NCBI RefSeq assembly: GCF_006345805.1
Contig: NC_043006.1
Span: 744,001 to 808,000, forward strand
Origin: Octopus sinensis
Lineage: Eukaryota
Direction: 5' to 3'
DNA: 64,000 nt
The notes under the pieces are model-generated. The model ran no database searches, was not told the origin of the DNA, and saw only the letters and a list, made by a program, of their open reading frames with translations. Position 1 is the stretch's first letter. Each line of letters begins with the position of its first letter. Below, one piece after another: positions 1 through 11,954 of this stretch. A program made the position numbers and the translations under genes.

Positions 1-92
1 CATCCCACGTCTTCCCGGATCTCCCTCTTCCACGAGTTCCATCCTCTTTGAGTGATCAGAACTTCTTTATAGAGCTGTCAACATCCATCCGC
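1..92 (-). mobile_element. RTE-clade LINE fragment (C-terminal RT region), runs off the window edge
   Basis: Minus strand reads RMDVDSSIKKF*SLKEDGTRGRGRSGKTWD, matching the RTE G-x-R-x-RGRP-x-KTW motif, with a stop codon. Confidence 0.7.
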
Positions 93-99
93 AATATAT

Positions 100-337
100 A
101 TGTGTATGCGTGCATGCATGTGCGAGTGTGTATGTGCGTGTGTGTGTGCATCCATGTATGTGTGTGTATGTGTGTGTACATCCATGTGTGTGCGTGCATG
201 TGCATGTGTGTGTGTAAGTGTGTGTGCATCCATGTATGTGTTATGTATGTGTCTGTGTGTATGTGTGTGTGTGTATGTGTGTGTGTGTGTATGTGCGTGT
301 GTATGTGTGTGTATCCATGTGTGTGTGTGTGTGTGTT
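100..337. repeat. Compound (TG)n/(TATG)n microsatellite
   Basis: Direct reading; source of the VC/HT ORFs. Confidence 0.97.
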
Positions 338-930
338 TGTACCTCCTTGTCTTGACATTGTGTGATAATTGAAGTAAAAGTGTCAACACCATACAAAATG
401 GTGTCATTCATTGCCAATCTTCCTTGAAAACATGTCCAGCCATTGGGAAATATTACCTTGCTTGCAAATAGGAGAGGAGTGGCAACAGGAAGAGCACCTG
501 TCCATAAAAATCTGCCTCAACAAATTCAATCTGACCAAACAAGCATGGAGAAGTGGACATTAAACATTAACGATGATGATGAAGTTTCATTAATATTTCC
601 TCGATCGAATCTTACTAAAATGTGTATCGTATGATCTGACATACACCACATGGAGAAGTCGTTGTGTGATGCACCACTGTACCAATATTTTATTGGAATC
701 ACCATTATCAATGAACCAAATCTCTCCAAAATAAAATGCTTAGTTACTTTTCTTTACTTGTTTGAATGTTATCAGATAATTTTATTTCTAAATTTTTGAC
801 ATATTCCTTAACCATTTTCAGTGCAATGGCATTCAATACATGGCAGCTGTAATCAGAAATGGCATCAAGACTCATGATGCCTTTCAGTAATCATGCATTC
901 TTCCTGACATTCGGAGGCACAGAAAGCACT

Positions 931-970
931 TGGATAAACTTGGATAAACTTGGATAAACTTGGATAAACT
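931..970. repeat. Perfect 10-bp tandem repeat TGGATAAACT x4
   Basis: Four exact adjacent copies. Confidence 0.95.
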
Positions 971-1187
971 TCTCTTGGGGAATTTAGATGACATTCCAAG
1001 CCTACATTTTCTTTTGCTTGTTGCATCAAAAGATAAATTCTAACTTAAAAGAGATGTGGTGGCTGAGTTATTAACTTGCTGATCCTTTTCTCTGTATAGT
1101 TGCTTGGATTAATTCTTGATATCAACCCTCTTGAGACTGTCTCTTGTTCTACAATGCAAAATTTCTTTTTAAAAGTATCTAAACGAA

Positions 1188-1502
1188 AAACCTCCGTTAG
1201 GATTTCCTGTTTATTTATGTCCCAAACACCAGCTTAATAACGACGAAGATATTTTACTAAATTCTTCATTATTCTAAAAATTAATTGCAACAAAACCAGT
1301 GTATTTCAATAAAAATATGGTAATAAAACTGTTACAGTAATCTAAATTAAAACCTTTCATCAAAATTTCCTGTTAATTTTTGTTCAAAATACCAACCAGC
1401 TTAATAAAAATGATTAAGTATTTTATTAAGTTTTTTATTATTTTCCAAATTAACTGAAACAAAGTCAGTGTATTTCAGCGGAAATATCGTAATAAAACTG
1501 TT
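1188..1502. repeat. Diverged ~150-bp tandem duplication
   Basis: atttcctgtt...ccagcttaataa...cagtgtatttca...gtaataaaactgtt occurs at ~1188-1332 and ~1350-1502. Confidence 0.8.
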
Positions 1503-2017
1503 TATTGTATCTATATTCATTAGTCTATACAAATCTAAGATTTTTATAGACACTGCTGTGCCATCCATTCTAGTTATACCTGTTGTATAAGATTCTAAAG
1601 CTGCCTTCTTAATGCAGATGTTTAAATATGACAAATATGTCTGAGATCTGAAACAAAAAATAAATTTCTAGAGAACTAATTAAAACCAAGATCAATCATG
1701 TTGGGAAGATGTAACCAATTCTTATTGTTATATTTGCAATTAACAAAATCATTTATTACTTCATTTCACATTGTTTTATTTTTAATTACATTTGACAGAT
1801 AAATATATTTTCTGATTATTTAGAAGTATTATTATTTAAAAAAAAAATGTCTTCATTTATGATCAGATTTTAATTAAAATTATTACTAAATATACGACAA
1901 TCTATTGTGTATTTTAAATTTCCTTCATTTGCCCAATTAGGGAAATGTAGAAATTTCATATATATTACTGCTGTTGCTGCTGCTACTACTGTATCATCAT
2001 CATTATCATCATCATTG

Positions 2018-2215
2018 TTTAATGGCCAGCTTCTCTACTGGATGGTTGGTCAGGATCTGATGAGCCAAATAACTGTATTGAGCCCCAAAGTCTGTTGCTC
2101 CTCAGTTTCTACAGCTGGATGCCTTTCCTAATATCAACCACTTTAAAGAGTGTAATGGGTGCTATTTATGTGGCACCAGCACTTGTGAGGTAACCAAGTT
2201 ACTCACAAGCCCAAA
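2018..2215 (+). mobile_element. Decayed short interspersed repeat with an RTE-like tail motif
   Basis: Contains tttctacagctggatgcctttcctaat...caaccac. A related motif lies on the minus strand near 470-530. Family assignment from memory only. Confidence 0.4.
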
Positions 2216-2315
2216 CCCTTTGACTATGTTGGGGTTGTAGCATTCAGACAGGTGGCTTTATGTTCGGCATTGTGAGGTTAAAGTATGATAGCGAAACAAA
2301 AACAGATGTTTTGAA

Positions 2316-2731
2316 GGCGGCGAGCTAGCAGAAACGTTAGCACGCCAGGCAAAACCCTTAGCGGTATTTCGTCTGCCATTACGTTTTGAGTTCAAATTTC
2401 GCCAAGGTCGACTTTGCCTTTCATCCTTTCGGGGTCGATAAATTAAGTACCAGTTACGCACTGGGGTCGATATAATTGACTTAATCCGTTTGTCTGTCAT
2501 TGTTTGTTCCCTCTGTGTTTAGCCCCTTGTGGGTAGTAAAGAAATAGATATTTTGTCTGCTATTACATTTTGAGTTCAAATTTCGCCGCGGTCGACTTTG
2601 CCTTTCATCCTTTCAGGGTCAGTAAATTAAGTACCAGTTACACACTGGGGTCGATATAATCGACTTAACCTGTTTGTCTGTCCTTGTTTGTCCCCTCTGT
2701 GTTTAGCCCCTTGTGGGCAATAAAGAAATAA
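2316..2731 (+). mobile_element. tRNA-derived SINE (family A here): full copy plus 5'-truncated tandem copy
   Basis: Head ggcggcgagctagcagaaacgttagc, B-box gagttcaaatt, body gtcgactttgcctttcatcc, tail gtttagccccttgtgg..taaagaaata. Flanked by aaacagatgttttg (2300-2313) and aaaccgatgtcttg (2733-2746). Confidence 0.9.
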
Positions 2732-3525
2732 GAAACCGATGTCTTGCTGAAAAGGGCATACATAGTTACCTCAGCTGGAAATGGAGAAAGGATGGCGGTG
2801 ATGAGGTGTCAGGGCATACCCTCGGGGTATAAGAGGGTGAGTATAAAAGAGAATACAGATGGTGGATCAGAAAGAGAAGGTTGGTAAATTTGCAAGAATG
2901 CGAAAGGGAAGTGGTACATGATTAGTGTTTAGCATTCATGTCAGCCATATTTGGCTCAAAATGTTCTTCTTGTTTTATGCTGAAACTGGTCAAATCCAGC
3001 TTCTCACATCCACCCAACAATGTCATTCAAAACAAACATTTACATCAACAAAATCTCAAAGCTACAAGATAATCCACGGTTAATTCAAAACAATGTGAGT
3101 GGATAAGTATTACATTAGACAGAATAATCTGAATGCTAAAGGGTTAAAGCTGGTACAGAGGCGACTGCAGAGAATGGTGAGCAGAAGTGGAAGTGTAGTC
3201 ATCTCAATTTAGGGGAGAAGGTGGAGGAAATAGGAGGGGGCAAAGGAAGAGCATACGGTAAGTGGCATTAAAAAAGGGGGTGGGTGAGGTGGGTGGAGAG
3301 CAACGGTATAATAAAACTAAAGATAAATGAGAAGCAGTGAAATGTTGTGAAGTGATGCGGGTAGTTGAGAGACAGATGCTCAGTGACGTAGAGGATTGAA
3401 GATTCCTTGTCATTGAAGGAATATAAACATCTAAAAGACAATAGGAGTGGGTCGAGGAGGAGGAGGAGGGGGAGGTAATACATAAAGGTGGGCTGGAGAT
3501 GAACAGCTTAATAAAACTGTAGATA

Positions 3526-3747
3526 TATTTCTTTACTACCCACAAGGGGCTAAACACAGAGGGGACAAACTAGGACAGACAAAGGGATTAAGACGATTAC
3601 ATCGACCCCAGTGCGTAACTGGTGCTTAATTTATCGACCCCGAAAGGATGAAAGGCAAAGTCGACCTCGGCGGAATTTGAACTCAGAACGTAACGGCAGA
3701 CGAAATACGGCTACGCATTTCGCCCGGCCTGCTAACGATTCTGCCAG
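3526..3747 (-). mobile_element. SINE family A
   Basis: Near-identical reverse complement of the 2316 copy. Confidence 0.9.
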
Positions 3748-4498
3748 GGAAATGTGGTGAAGGGTGGGGAATGAAGTGACACACTGACAGAGATGGAGGT
3801 CAGAGGTACTCAGGGTGGATACAAAGGGTTACAATGAAGGAGGGGAGCGCTGATGATTGACAGAAGGTGCTCAGAGTAGAGGAACGTTCAATGTAAATAT
3901 AGTGGAAAGGGTTGGTGCTGGGAGAGCAAGATGTGTGGAAAAGCAAGTGATAGGGTTAGGGGTAGTACTAAAATAGGTGGGATGGGAATATGTGCGGCTC
4001 TATTCATATACAACCAGAGTAGCTGATGAAATGGTGCGTAATTCTTTAAATGTAAAAGAGAAAGTTCAACCCTCATGTACACTCACAAAATATCGTTTCC
4101 TATCTCAGGATAAAAAAAAAAAGATTCTTTGAAGAGACCAAACAGGGTCACAAATGTTGGTTTTTAGCTCGTTTTTTTATGACTTACAAACGACACATAC
4201 ACTTTTCTATGTTCCTAACTTAAACATCAGTCTATTACTGGGTAACATTCACAGAAGATCTATAAACTAACTTTTCCACCCAGGTGAACCGAAGCGTGTC
4301 CAATGATTAAACGTACAACTAAAAATACACCCAGAAACACATAACACTTGCAATACGCCAATCGTACAAAACCCACCCATTCAACCATTTCGTTGTTACA
4401 AAGACAAAAAAAAAACAACCAATAATAACTCGACCCACAACCACACAGATGTAAGTATGGACGCACAGGAAAATCAATAATGCATTGAAAGAGCTTAC

Positions 4499-4606
4499 AA
4501 GGTTTCTTATCTTCGCAAGTGGCTGGTTCTGTATTTGATCCTGCTGCTATAGTTGCAGTTGCCGAGACATTATTATAACAGGAGTCCCATATGCCGACTG
4601 GATGTC
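4499..4606 (-). CDS. Second coding exon of the same claudin-like gene (extracellular loop 1)
   Basis: Acceptor ttacatctattttcag|GA and donor CCTT|gtaagc. The 108-nt phase 1-1 exon encodes (G)HPVGIWDSCYNNVSATATIAAGSNTEPATCEDKKP, carrying the G[LI]W-x2-C...C signature. It joins exon 31086-30900 in frame. Confidence 0.85.
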
Positions 4607-4789
4607 CTGAAAATAGATGTAAAAAATATAAAATTAGTTTCGCATGTAGGACCATGGTCAGTCTTGATGTGTAACTACTATCAAATATTACCAGTTCTGA
4701 TATTTTAAGCTGTTGCCTAATACCTCGGGGGATCCTTGTAATTTCGGTGTAATTCTTGAGAAGCGTACATAATAAAGGCCGAAGTTGAT

Positions 4790-4911
4790 CACATTGACCT
4801 CTGAATTCATATTTTATTTTATCGACCCCGAAGATCGAAGTTAACCCCAGAACGTAAAGAGCTGGAGGAATTGTCGCTAAGTATTTCGCCCGAGACGCTA
4901 ACGACTCTGCC
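4790..4911 (-). mobile_element. SINE family A fragment
   Basis: tttatcgaccccgaag...cagaacgtaaag...aagtatttcgcccg. Confidence 0.7.
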
Positions 4912-4999
4912 TTGACTCTTGAAGTCATTATAGAATATACATACAAAATAGAAATAATTCACATGTGATTATGAGTGTGTGATAAAAAAGTTCGATAGG

Positions 5000-5420
5000 A
5001 AACAACGTGGTTTCTTGTTCGATACTCGTGTGTGGTAGTTTGGGCAAGAGTGTTCTACTGTTTCTACTATAGTCTCGATTTACCCAAAGCTGTGTGAGTG
5101 GAATTTGCTAGGGAGAAGTTGCACGGGTAGAAACCCTTCGCGTTGTGTGTGTGTGTGTGTGTGTGTCTCTGTGTGTGTGTGCCTGTGTGTGTGTGTGTGT
5201 GTGTGTCTGTGTGTGTGTGTCTGTGTGTGTGTGTCTGTGTGTGTGTGTCTGTGTGTGTATACACACACACGCACACACGACGGGTTTCCACACGACCGGT
5301 TTCCATTGCTATAGTCCGGGGCTAGTGTAAAAGACACTTGCCCAAGGTGGTGCCCTGTGAGAATGAACCCCAAAATCACAAGATCACATCATTGTGGAGC
5401 AAAGAGCTTAAGCACACATC
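5000..5420. mobile_element. Two convergent SINE family B heads around a (TG)n/(CA)n tract
   Basis: ttgggcaagagtgttctact on + (~5040) and aagacacttgcccaaggtg on - (~5330), with the microsatellite at 5143-5278 between them. Confidence 0.7.
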
Positions 5421-6030
5421 CAAAACTACGCCGTTAGATTAGTTACATAAAAGATAAGTTGAAAGAAAGCCAACGCAATATTTATTCGTATCTTGTTAAA
5501 TAATACATCATCGAAAGTGAAGGAAGTTGGCAAGATATTGATAGAAACATTGATATGATAATCTGGTGACACAGTAAGACATTGAGATGATGGGAGTGTT
5601 GTATAAACAGTATGGAACTATAGGAAATGAATGAGATACGATCAAATATCAATCATATGGTATCTTATGGTTAACTGATAAAACGAAAAGAGAATTTAGA
5701 ATATGAGGTGGTTGTTTAGAAAGAAATGTGACTCAAAGAAATGTAACAATCAATAACGGTAATAAAAAAACTCACAAGATAACAATAGATACAATATCAA
5801 TATTAGGAGTTCAGCAAGAGGTGTTGTAGGAACAAAAACAAACAAACACCCCCAAAACCAAACAAAAACAAAAGGTAAAACAAACAAAAACAAGTAAAGC
5901 AAAACAATGCAATGGTTACGATGGAAACAATACAAACCCTAAAAGGGTATAATACAATATATATAAAACAGTGGCAATAACAACGATAACAGGGAAATAG
6001 TAACAGAAAAAAAAAACATACTAAAAATGA

Positions 6031-6068
<38 letters not shown>

Positions 6069-6090
6069 TCGCTAAAGATCAGGCTTGTGG

Positions 6091-6181
6091 AATGATCATG
6101 ATTGAAAGTGTATAGCATAATATTGAGGGCTACATATGCAGCTGCACATACTCTGTACAGCAGAAACACGTGTCGGTCATT
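6091..6181 (+). ncRNA. Decayed type I hammerhead-like motif
   Basis: Stem I aatgatc/ggtcatt; GAA-ACACGTGT-C gives a palindromic stem III and GUC site. Core is mutated (atgattga). Confidence 0.45.
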
Positions 6182-6456
6182 TTAACTAATTAATTATACT
6201 ATATAACTAACTGCTACATTAAAAGGAAAAATTTGAAGATTTATCAGTCTCCACATTCTTTGGTAATTGCTTGGAATTTACACTCCCGAAAATATTCATA
6301 ATCCAGGGAAGCGAATCCAGATTTACCCATGAGACCAATTACAATGGGATTGCTCACGCTAAGCTATCATTGATGTTAATTTCTACTTATGTGATTAGCC
6401 GAAACCTCGACTATGCATAAGAACTAGTATGGATAATTTATCCCGATATATATATA

Positions 6457-6842
6457 CTAGCAGTATCGCCCGGCGTTGCTCGGGTTTGTTTCGACCCTTT
6501 AGAATTGGAATTTTAGAAAAGTAAAAATCTTGCATTATGTAGCTTGTTATTCTCTTTAAGTGAACATTTTTCTGGTTGAAATACACCGAAAAATGGTGAC
6601 ACAGCAATCAAAAAATTGTAAAAAATAGGGATTTTCATAGAAAAAAAAGCACCTTTTTAATGTAAATAATTTTTGGTCTTAGCATGGTCCAATTTGAATT
6701 TTTTCTTCTACGGCAGGAAGAGCAAGCCTTCTTCTATCATACTCTCAATTTTGATCAACTTGCGCTGCAGGGTCTCGAAGGAGATAGTGTTAGTTGAAGG
6801 CTACCAAACCTGTCACACACACACAACTTCACCTTTATATAT

Positions 6843-6845
<3 letters not shown>
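6457..6845 (-). mobile_element. Non-autonomous Helitron
   Basis: 3' end aaacccgagcaacgccgggcgatactgCTAG|T (hairpin plus CTAG). The 5' end tatataaaggtgaagttgtgt merges into (TA)n. Same termini as 41350-41747. Confidence 0.85.
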
Positions 6846-6916
<71 letters not shown>

Positions 6917-7158
6917 TATAGCAATAAGTATGTACGATCCAGGGAAACAAGAGTAGGAAGTCAGTAAACTTCCAGCGTATATGTAGCTAACGATTAAACG
7001 AGTTTATTAACACCGGAAGTTACACATTTCGTCTCATCGAAATCAAAATGGATTTCAATAAGCTGACAGTTACCGTACAACTCACGGTTTAGCAAAGAAA
7101 GTTTCTAAAAAATGCGGATAAAAATCCAAGAAAGTAAGGAATGAAACAGGTAAAACAC

Positions 7159-7242
7159 GGACTACAGTTGTTTCATAGCAAAGCAAAGCTTGTTACGTAA
7201 GTTGTAACATACACAGAACCGGCAGAGCTAATCTTCCCGTCC
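7159..7242 (-). ncRNA. Decayed type I hammerhead-like motif
   Basis: Minus strand: GGAC-GGGAAGA-T-TAGC...GCTA-T-GAA-ACAACTGT-A-GTCC. Stems I and II pair; the core has two substitutions. Confidence 0.5.
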
Positions 7243-7285
7243 TATTACCTATAAGTTATTTACATCTGTATATGTGTATGTGTGT

Positions 7286-7330
<45 letters not shown>

Positions 7331-9514
7331 AACATTGTATCCATATGACAAACAGATCAATAATTAAACTAAAAGCTAAACAAGGAAATTAAGATGCATA
7401 ATAACAAAATGGCAATGAAAGAAACAACAACAATAACAATAATCCCTTACAAAGGAAGGAAAACTGAAATTGTTTAAGTGGAAGATAAATGAGAATTCGT
7501 TAATTCTTACCATTTTTGGTAATGGCATTGGTGTTATGAAAGGAAGTTAAAGAATATTCCAACAAAAAATCGGAACTAAAGATTCCACTACATTATAGTG
7601 CTCACCCTTATAAACCAGTTGTTATTAGATATATTTCAATAAAGTCGATAACAACAACAACAAGAAAAGACAAAAACAAAAAATAGAAAACAACAGAACA
7701 TTACGAATGTAATAAAATAGGAGAGCAACAAATGGATTATTGAGAAGAACAAGCAATTACAGCATCAGCGTCAATAGCGACAGCAAGAAAAGACAACGCA
7801 ATCGAATGTTAATGTTTTATCTACAAAACAGATGGCAACATTAACAAGACAAAACGTATGTGTAGCTGTAGAAGAAGAAAGGGAATAAATCCTGATTACG
7901 ACATGGAAATTAGATTGAGAAATCAAATAAAGACGATTGTGTCTTTCTTTAAAATAAAAATTTGCTGAGTAAAAAAGGAAAAAAAAAAAAAAAAAAGGAA
8001 GAAAAATGCTTAGTGTTTCATACAATGACACGAGTTAAATTGCCATGTCAGAAAATGAGAACTGCGAAGCAAGTGTTTAGAGAGGAGTTTGGGGTGAAGT
8101 GGGGGTGAATGAAAGGCAACAATGCTGTAACGGGGGGAGAAGTGGATGCACAGATGAATTTGAATGGGAGGGGGTGATACGTAATTGGCACGTTTAGAAG
8201 AGCGGAAACCGTGGAAGTAGCAACAGCAGCAGCAGCAGTTGTAACTGAAAAGACACAGCTAAGAGAATTAGTGTATTTGTGGGGGTGAGACTAGCTTTAT
8301 TGGTTGAATAGACATTTTTGAAATATAGTTCAGAATATGTCTGTACATGGCAGCTGTTTAATCCCAGATACAAGAGCAGTTTTTCAATGTGAGAAATGTT
8401 TGTTCTTTGAAGAGCGTCGGTAGCTGCTCACAAGTGATTTCTAGCTCTGAAGTTATCTTCAGAGCTGAAGAACTTCGTTTCTTAGACTAAATATTCAGCA
8501 AACTTAACAAATATTTCTTGCCATTTCTGAAGAAATAAACTGGTCTACATTATAGATTTTAGCGAGTTTCCTTCAGTCCTTCCCTTGAGTTCTAACAGGA
8601 TCGGTGGGGCGCTGTCGTGTTATTTGATCTACCTTGGGTATTTAAAACCCGAGGAATCCGATTTCTTTCAAAGGGAATGAGAGACGAAGAAGAATCAACC
8701 TCATTACCAGACAGTAATTTATCAACCCAGCCAAAAAAATTGAAAGCTAAAAAGCAAACTTGACCTCTGTGAAGTTTGAACTCAAAGTAGAGATACGGAT
8801 ATAAGTAATGTATTCTATCCGACGCTTTAACGTCTCTGCCAACATGCTGCTTTAATCAGGGACTTTATATGTAGATTAACACTGAAATTTTCAATGCAGA
8901 TTGATGGATAAGCTCCTGGAAAGCTATGTTTTCAATACAGGTTGAGTCATTCCCTTAACCTCTTTTTACCGTTCTAGCATGGCACCTAATCGTATGTAAT
9001 ATATTCTTCATTAGAAACCCGATCTTTGGCTATGTAACAGCTTTTCATTGTTATTTTGAATATGTACACACATTTTTAAAGAACAATTCATCATTAAAGG
9101 ATTCACAACTTACTTAAGAAATAATCAAAACAGCCACCATGGAATCATGGTAATACAAGTTTCCTTGTGACGAATGTACAAAGTTTATATATTCTAGGAG
9201 AGGCAGCAAATGTGCTGCTTATATCAGCCAAAGTACATTACTGGTATCAGTGAAGTGAAGTCATAGAGATTGAAATCGTACTCACTCTTCTTTTAATGGC
9301 TAATTTACCGGAAGAAGCGGTAGCGGCCATGCTTTTGTGTGGGATCTCTGAAAGTGGTGAAAGGGAGAAGAATCCCTATATTGGATATGCGGTAAGAATG
9401 TTTGCAACAAAAGCCCTCGAGGGTCAGATGGAGGTGATATCGAAGTCAAGGTATGGGACCTTGTTTATTAGGAAGAGACGTCTTTGATTTATATCACATG
9501 GAAGAATTATCTTT

Positions 9515-9740
9515 TATATTTTGTCTTTTACTCGTTTCTGTCATTAGACTGTGGCCATGCTGGGGCTCCGCCTTGAAGAATTTTTAGTCGAATGAATCGA
9601 ACTCAGTACTTTTTTAAAACGTGATACTTATTCTATCGGTCATTTTTGCCGAATCGCTAAGTTATGGGGCGGTAAACACCCAACACCGATTATCAAGCGG
9701 TGGTGGTGGGGCAAACACTGACATGAAAGCATACACGCCA
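9515..9740 (-). mobile_element. SINE family B, 3' half
   Basis: cattagactgtggccatgctggggctccgcctt...gtaaacacccaacaccg. Homologous copies at ~12565-12780, 35835-36180, 48185-48500 and 62925-62990. Confidence 0.8.
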
Positions 9741-9806
9741 TGATAGATCGGTAGCCACTACACACATTTTTTCTCTCCTTGTTTCTCTCCTTGTTTCTTT
9801 CTGTCT

Positions 9807-9845
9807 TCCTTTCTGCGGAAGAGCATAGGCTCGAAACGTTAAGGA
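9807..9845 (+). ncRNA. Minimal type I hammerhead variant (CUGCGGA core) in a ~190-bp non-coding element ending at (TA)n
   Basis: cttt-CTGCGGA-A-GAGC atag GCTC-GAA-ACGT-T-aagg. Homologous to 45593-45630. Confidence 0.65.
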
Positions 9846-10069
9846 CTTTTTCAATTCCCGAGCGTTAAACTAATACATTTGTTTGTTTGTACATCACCTG
9901 TCTTCGTGTTTCTTTTTTTCGTGAATTTTCCTATATATATATATATACACATATATATACACATATATAGTTAATCCAAACATGAACAAGCAAGAAAAAA
10001 CAACAACGCGAGGACGTGGAATAAGTACAGTATTATTGGACGCTCAGGAAGGGAAAGAATAGAAAGAGG

Positions 10070-10104
10070 ATTTCACGTTTCGAGCGGAGCTCTTCATCAG
10101 AAAT
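10070..10104 (-). ncRNA. Minimal type I hammerhead, canonical core but GUG at the cleavage triplet
   Basis: Minus strand: attt-CTGATGA-A-GAGC tcc GCTC-GAA-ACGT-G-aaat, inside an element spanning ~9970-10170. Confidence 0.75.
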
Positions 10105-10184
10105 ATAGAAAAAGTCCAAAGAAGGGAAGACGGAGAAAGAAAATCGCCAACGATACACACGCGGTAATATATATATATACATAC

Positions 10185-10350
10185 ACGGTGGATTTCTTTC
10201 AGTTTCTGTCAACCAAATCAACCCACAAAGGCTTTGGTCGGCCAGAGGCTATAGTAGAAGACACTTGCCCAAGATGCCAAGTCACATAGTGGGACTGAAT
10301 CCGGGACTATGTGGCCGAGAAGCAAGTTACTTACCACACAGCCACGCCTA
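10185..10350 (-). mobile_element. SINE family B head (tRNA-like head plus CORE-like ttgggcaagtgtctt motif)
   Basis: Reverse complement of ggcgtggctgtgtggtaagtaacttgct...ttcagtcccact...ttgggcaagtgtcttctactatagcc. Another copy at ~13110-13270. Confidence 0.85.
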
Positions 10351-10808
10351 TGCTAATATTTATTTACTGAGACACAAGACAGTGGGTTTATACAGGAAAA
10401 GGAAGTAAAAATGAGATCGCATAATCTTCAATGATTTCCCAGAGTGAGTAACAGAATATCAAAAAAGGGATATATTTCCGAGATTCCAGGATCCAGTTTT
10501 CTCCACACAGCTTGCCTCTGGGACTGTCATAATTAAAACGGATATTCTTAACTGGACGTAATTTTTTTTTGGTGAAATAAAGGCAAAAGCCAATAAATCA
10601 TTGAATGAACAAATGAGACGAACAGCAAAAATATCGATATCAAATAATCAATTCTTTATCAACCGGTTTTGATTTCAATAGCGATTTTATGGCCAGCCAG
10701 ATATCGTCAATAATGCAAAGCTAGCAGTGTCACAAACCGCCATTACAATTGCTGCTGCCAACTACCAATAGCAGCAGCAGCAATACTACTACTACTACTA
10801 CCACCACC

Positions 10809-10844
<36 letters not shown>

Positions 10845-11954
10845 TTAGTTGCTACCGTTAATGCTACTACTCCTACATTCATGGTTAGCTGCTCAGCAAG
10901 AAGGTTGCCTCTGCGGACAGTTTCAGTGGTGACCGTTTAGAAATGCCTTGTCTGAAAGATATTTCTTTGAGCTTCTAATGTCGATAATCCTGGGACGTTG
11001 TCGTGATGCGCCAAATCGTACGAGGTGACAGAAGCCAACTTCCTCCATAACTATGATTAATGGTTCTGGTGTTTGTTGCGACAGATCCATTTTCAAAGCA
11101 TTTCCAGCCTTGAACATCTCCTCTTTTCCCTTTGGCCAGGGAATCCAGAATAACATTATCAAATATCATAAATATTCAGGCTTAACGCATTCTGACAGAT
11201 TCGAAAATGAATTTGCTAATTGTTACAGTATTTTGTCATTAGGGAATATCTTTCTGAAAAATGTGTGTTTATAACACCCTCGATTCATTAAGGTCCAGGG
11301 ACGTCGAGACACCCCATTGAATCAAGTGTGTTAAGAACATATATTTGTCAGAAAGCAGTTCTTCAGTAAGGAAATATCACAGCGATTGATATATTCGGGT
11401 TTGAGTCTCCTTGACTGCATTAACAATAAATAGGTGTTAGCGATCTTGTTCTCTCTGTTCACTGTACATTTAACCATTTATTCTCAAACGTGTCGTTTCT
11501 CAAATGGTGGCGGTGTGATTTGAGGAAGATTTGGCTGCTATTTTCATCAGGTCCTTCGATCATACAGAACCCCCTCCCCACCTTGTTGGTTTGTAGTACT
11601 AGAGTTGTAGCACAGTGGTGTTGTCTGCTGATCTTTCTCTTGTTAGAATTGAATTCTTTTTTTCTTTTATTGATGATATGTGTCAATAAGTGATAAACTA
11701 AACTGATTCCAAAACGAGAACAGTGGGATAATCCGCTTCTAACTGGATATCTATGGAAGATATTCAGCTCAACATCGTAATCTAGCAAACTACTTTGTAA
11801 TCTTAGGATCGTTGCTCTTGTTATAATCTTACAATTGTTGCTTTTACAATAATTCTTTTGTGAGGATACGGACGATAACATTGGATTTGAATTTATAAAC
11901 AAGAGAGAACCACCGCGCTATCGATGCTATCACTCACCTCCATAATAAGTCTTG

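Noticed and set aside
931-970. CRISPR-like array
   Set aside because: Contiguous 10-bp tandem copies without spacers, in a eukaryotic context with no cas genes.
93-4498. Search for exon 3 (TM2) of the claudin-like gene, including the strong acceptor near 1648
   Set aside because: Every candidate acceptor gave an early stop in phase 1 or a non-hydrophobic peptide; exon 3 is probably outside the window.
4260-4946. 228-aa ORF as a single gene
   Set aside because: It is a chimera of an antisense SINE fragment, intron sequence and the 108-nt exon; only 4499-4606 has splice sites and a protein motif.
8443-8466. Perfect 10-bp hairpin agctctgaag-ttat-cttcagagct containing CTGAAGA
   Set aside because: No GAAA/stem III/UH arrangement around it; one short hairpin is plausible by chance in 64 kb.
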